Shown piece by piece: positions 62,557-64,000 of a stretch of 64,000 bases of DNA. The notes below the pieces were generated by a model, which saw nothing but the letters and a program-made list of their open reading frames with translations, searched no databases and had not been told where the DNA came from. The stretch lies in the NCBI GenBank assembly GCA_963812605.1, contig CAWEWF010000008.1:128001-192000 (forward strand), written 5' to 3'. Source of the DNA: an uncultured Verrucomicrobiae bacterium (GTDB lineage Bacteria; Verrucomicrobiota; Verrucomicrobiia; Palsa-1439). The position numbers and the translations under genes were made by a program. Numbering within the stretch: position 1 is the first letter of the stretch; each line of letters starts with the position of its first letter.

Positions 62557-63392
62557 TTGGCAAGCGTACATCGACTGTTCCTGTGCCGTCGCAATCGCGC
62601 TCGTTGCGGGAGGGGACCGGCTTCACTCTCATCGAGTTGCTTGTGGTACTCGCAATCATTGGTTTGCTAACGGCGCTATTGCTGCCCACCTTGTCACAAA
62701 CGCGCGAGAGTGGTCGCCAGGCGGCTTGCCTCAGCAATCTGCGGCAACTGTACCTGGCCAACCTCACCTATGCCACGGAGTGCGGTTACTACGCCCCGGC
62801 CGCGCCGGATATTTGGGGCAATAACCTGATTCGGTGGTATGGTTCGCGCCCGGCCGCGGGAGTCCCGTTTGACTCGCGCGGCGGTCCGCTGTCTCCGTAC
62901 CTGGGCGGGAGCAAAGGCGTGCGCGCTTGTCCTTCGATGGTGAAGTGGAATTTTCTGATGACGGGAGACAATGCCTTCGAAGCGGGTTGCGGCGGCTATG
63001 GCTACAACTATCTCGGCGTGGGCTCGCAGAGTTATTCCATGGGCTATACGGAAGCTGCCGGCCTGTCGGGCATGCATCCGGAGGACATCAGCCGCCCAAC
63101 GACAACCGTCATGTTTTGCGACACCGCCTTTTCCCAATTCAGCGGCGGCCAAACCTACTTGATCGAGTATTCCTTTGCGGAGCCCGACAAATTCCTCAGC
63201 GCCGCGGGTGTGATGTACGGCCAACCGACTCCGTCCATCCACTTCCGACACCGCCAGCGCGCGAACATTGTCTGGTGCGACGGCCATGCTACAGCCGAAC
63301 CCCTGACGCGCTCCGACTCCAGTCTTTCAGAGAAACTCATGGTGGGTTGGTTCGGGAATGAAATTAGCAACTACTATTTCGCCCCTTTTTAA
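62553..63392 (+). CDS. Prepilin-type N-terminal cleavage/methylation protein with H-X9-DG domain
   Basis: [29 protein letters not shown]-terminal [16 protein letters not shown]. Confidence 0.93.
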   Translation: MIGKRTSTVPVPSQSRSLREGTGFTLIELLVVLAIIGLLTALLLPTLSQTRESGRQAACLSNLRQLYLANLTYATECGYYAPAAPDIWGNNLIRWYGSRPAAGVPFDSRGGPLSPYLGGSKGVRACPSMVKWNFLMTGDNAFEAGCGGYGYNYLGVGSQSYSMGYTEAAGLSGMHPEDISRPTTTVMFCDTAFSQFSGGQTYLIEYSFAEPDKFLSAAGVMYGQPTPSIHFRHRQRANIVWCDGHATAEPLTRSDSSLSEKLMVGWFGNEISNYYFAPF

Positions 63393-63458
63393 ATCACGAC
63401 CCATGGCCATCTTTAAGGAGAATGGAAGGCTGTTCCGGCAAGTTTACCGACTACCGTA

Positions 63459-64000
63459 CTAGGCGCCAATTCGCTCTCGGATCCGTCCCGCGATTTCGTC
63501 GGCGAATGATTTGATCTGGTCGCCGTCGGGGCCTTCGATGAGGAGGCGCGCTTTGGGTTCGGTGCCGGAATAGCGGAGCAGAACGCGACCCTGGCCGCCA
63601 AGCTTGGCCTCGACTTCTTTGACGAGCCGCGTAACGTCGGGCAGCGTGTCCCAGGCGGGTTTGTCTTTTACCCGCACATTGACGACGATCTGCGGGAACT
63701 TCGTACAGACCTGGCGCAATTCACTCAGCGTCTTGCCGGTGTCCATCATGATGCGCAGGACTTGCAGCGCGCTGACGATCGCCGTCGCCTGTCGTGGTGA
63801 AATCGCGGAAAATCATGTGACCGGATTGCTCGCCGCCGACGTTCAGGTCGTCCTGCAGCATCTTTTCGATGACGTAACGGTCACCGACCTGTGTTCGCAC
63901 AACCTTCCCGCCTGCCTCGCGAATCGCGTGGTCGAGCCCGAGGTTGCTCATTACGGTGGCCACAAGCGTGTTTTTCTTGAGCGCCCCGCGCGCGAGCCAG
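63459..64000 (-). CDS. glmM: Phosphoglucosamine mutase, 3' part (frameshift near 63780)
   Basis: [45 protein letters not shown]. Confidence 0.93.

Noticed and set aside
1-64000. Mass pseudogenisation or programmed frameshifting (more than 20 split genes)
   Set aside because: The breaks look like single-base indels, several at homopolymers. They also hit housekeeping glmM and glcF, leave catalytic motifs intact and show no shared slippery motif. Uncorrected long-read error is the simplest explanation; read polishing would confirm it.

Overview
About 64 kb of a GC-rich bacterial chromosome. The gene content points to Verrucomicrobiota: PEP-CTERM, GloVer repeats, prepilin/H-X9-DG, futalosine-pathway mqnD and Thr-Asn-rich secreted proteins. 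More than 20 single-base indels split genes, including housekeeping glcF and glmM, so they are most likely long-read assembly errors, and split ORFs are merged here. Left to right: (1) the right end of a probable island closed by a degenerate 3' half of tRNA-Arg(CCG), carrying a cyclase-like/DUF6600 fusion and DUF2950; (2) two paralogous secreted beta-solenoid proteins; (3) a two-partner-secretion/CHAT protease/CHASE2 adenylate cyclase/DUF928/TpsB locus plus an HD hydrolase; (4) a ~15 kb redox cluster with three multiheme cytochromes c (about 4, 10 and 10 hemes), a membrane-anchored FNR-[2Fe-2S] reductase, a cNMP-binding 4x[4Fe-4S] protein, a heme-b-type membrane protein, a secreted double GlcG/HbpS protein, an outer-membrane barrel and a stand-alone cNMP protein; (5) mobile-element debris (IS1 fragment, truncated integrase) on the 5' side of tRNA-Ser(CGA); (6) core genes glcF/glcD, wza/wzc/barrel, mqnD, DHS-like, metF, TPR-CPBP, LOG, GT2, hemQ and cbiX; (7) a mini-insert flanked by a duplicated cbiX 3' end, then an AT-richer TPR/argG patch; (8) a cobalamin riboswitch leading a PEP-CTERM/surface protein/pilin-like operon; (9) the 3' part of glmM. 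The best candidate for an undescribed system is the cNMP-gated trans-envelope multiheme cluster, possibly wired to the adjacent CHAT/CHASE2 cyclase locus. All family calls come from motif recognition by eye, not from database searches.
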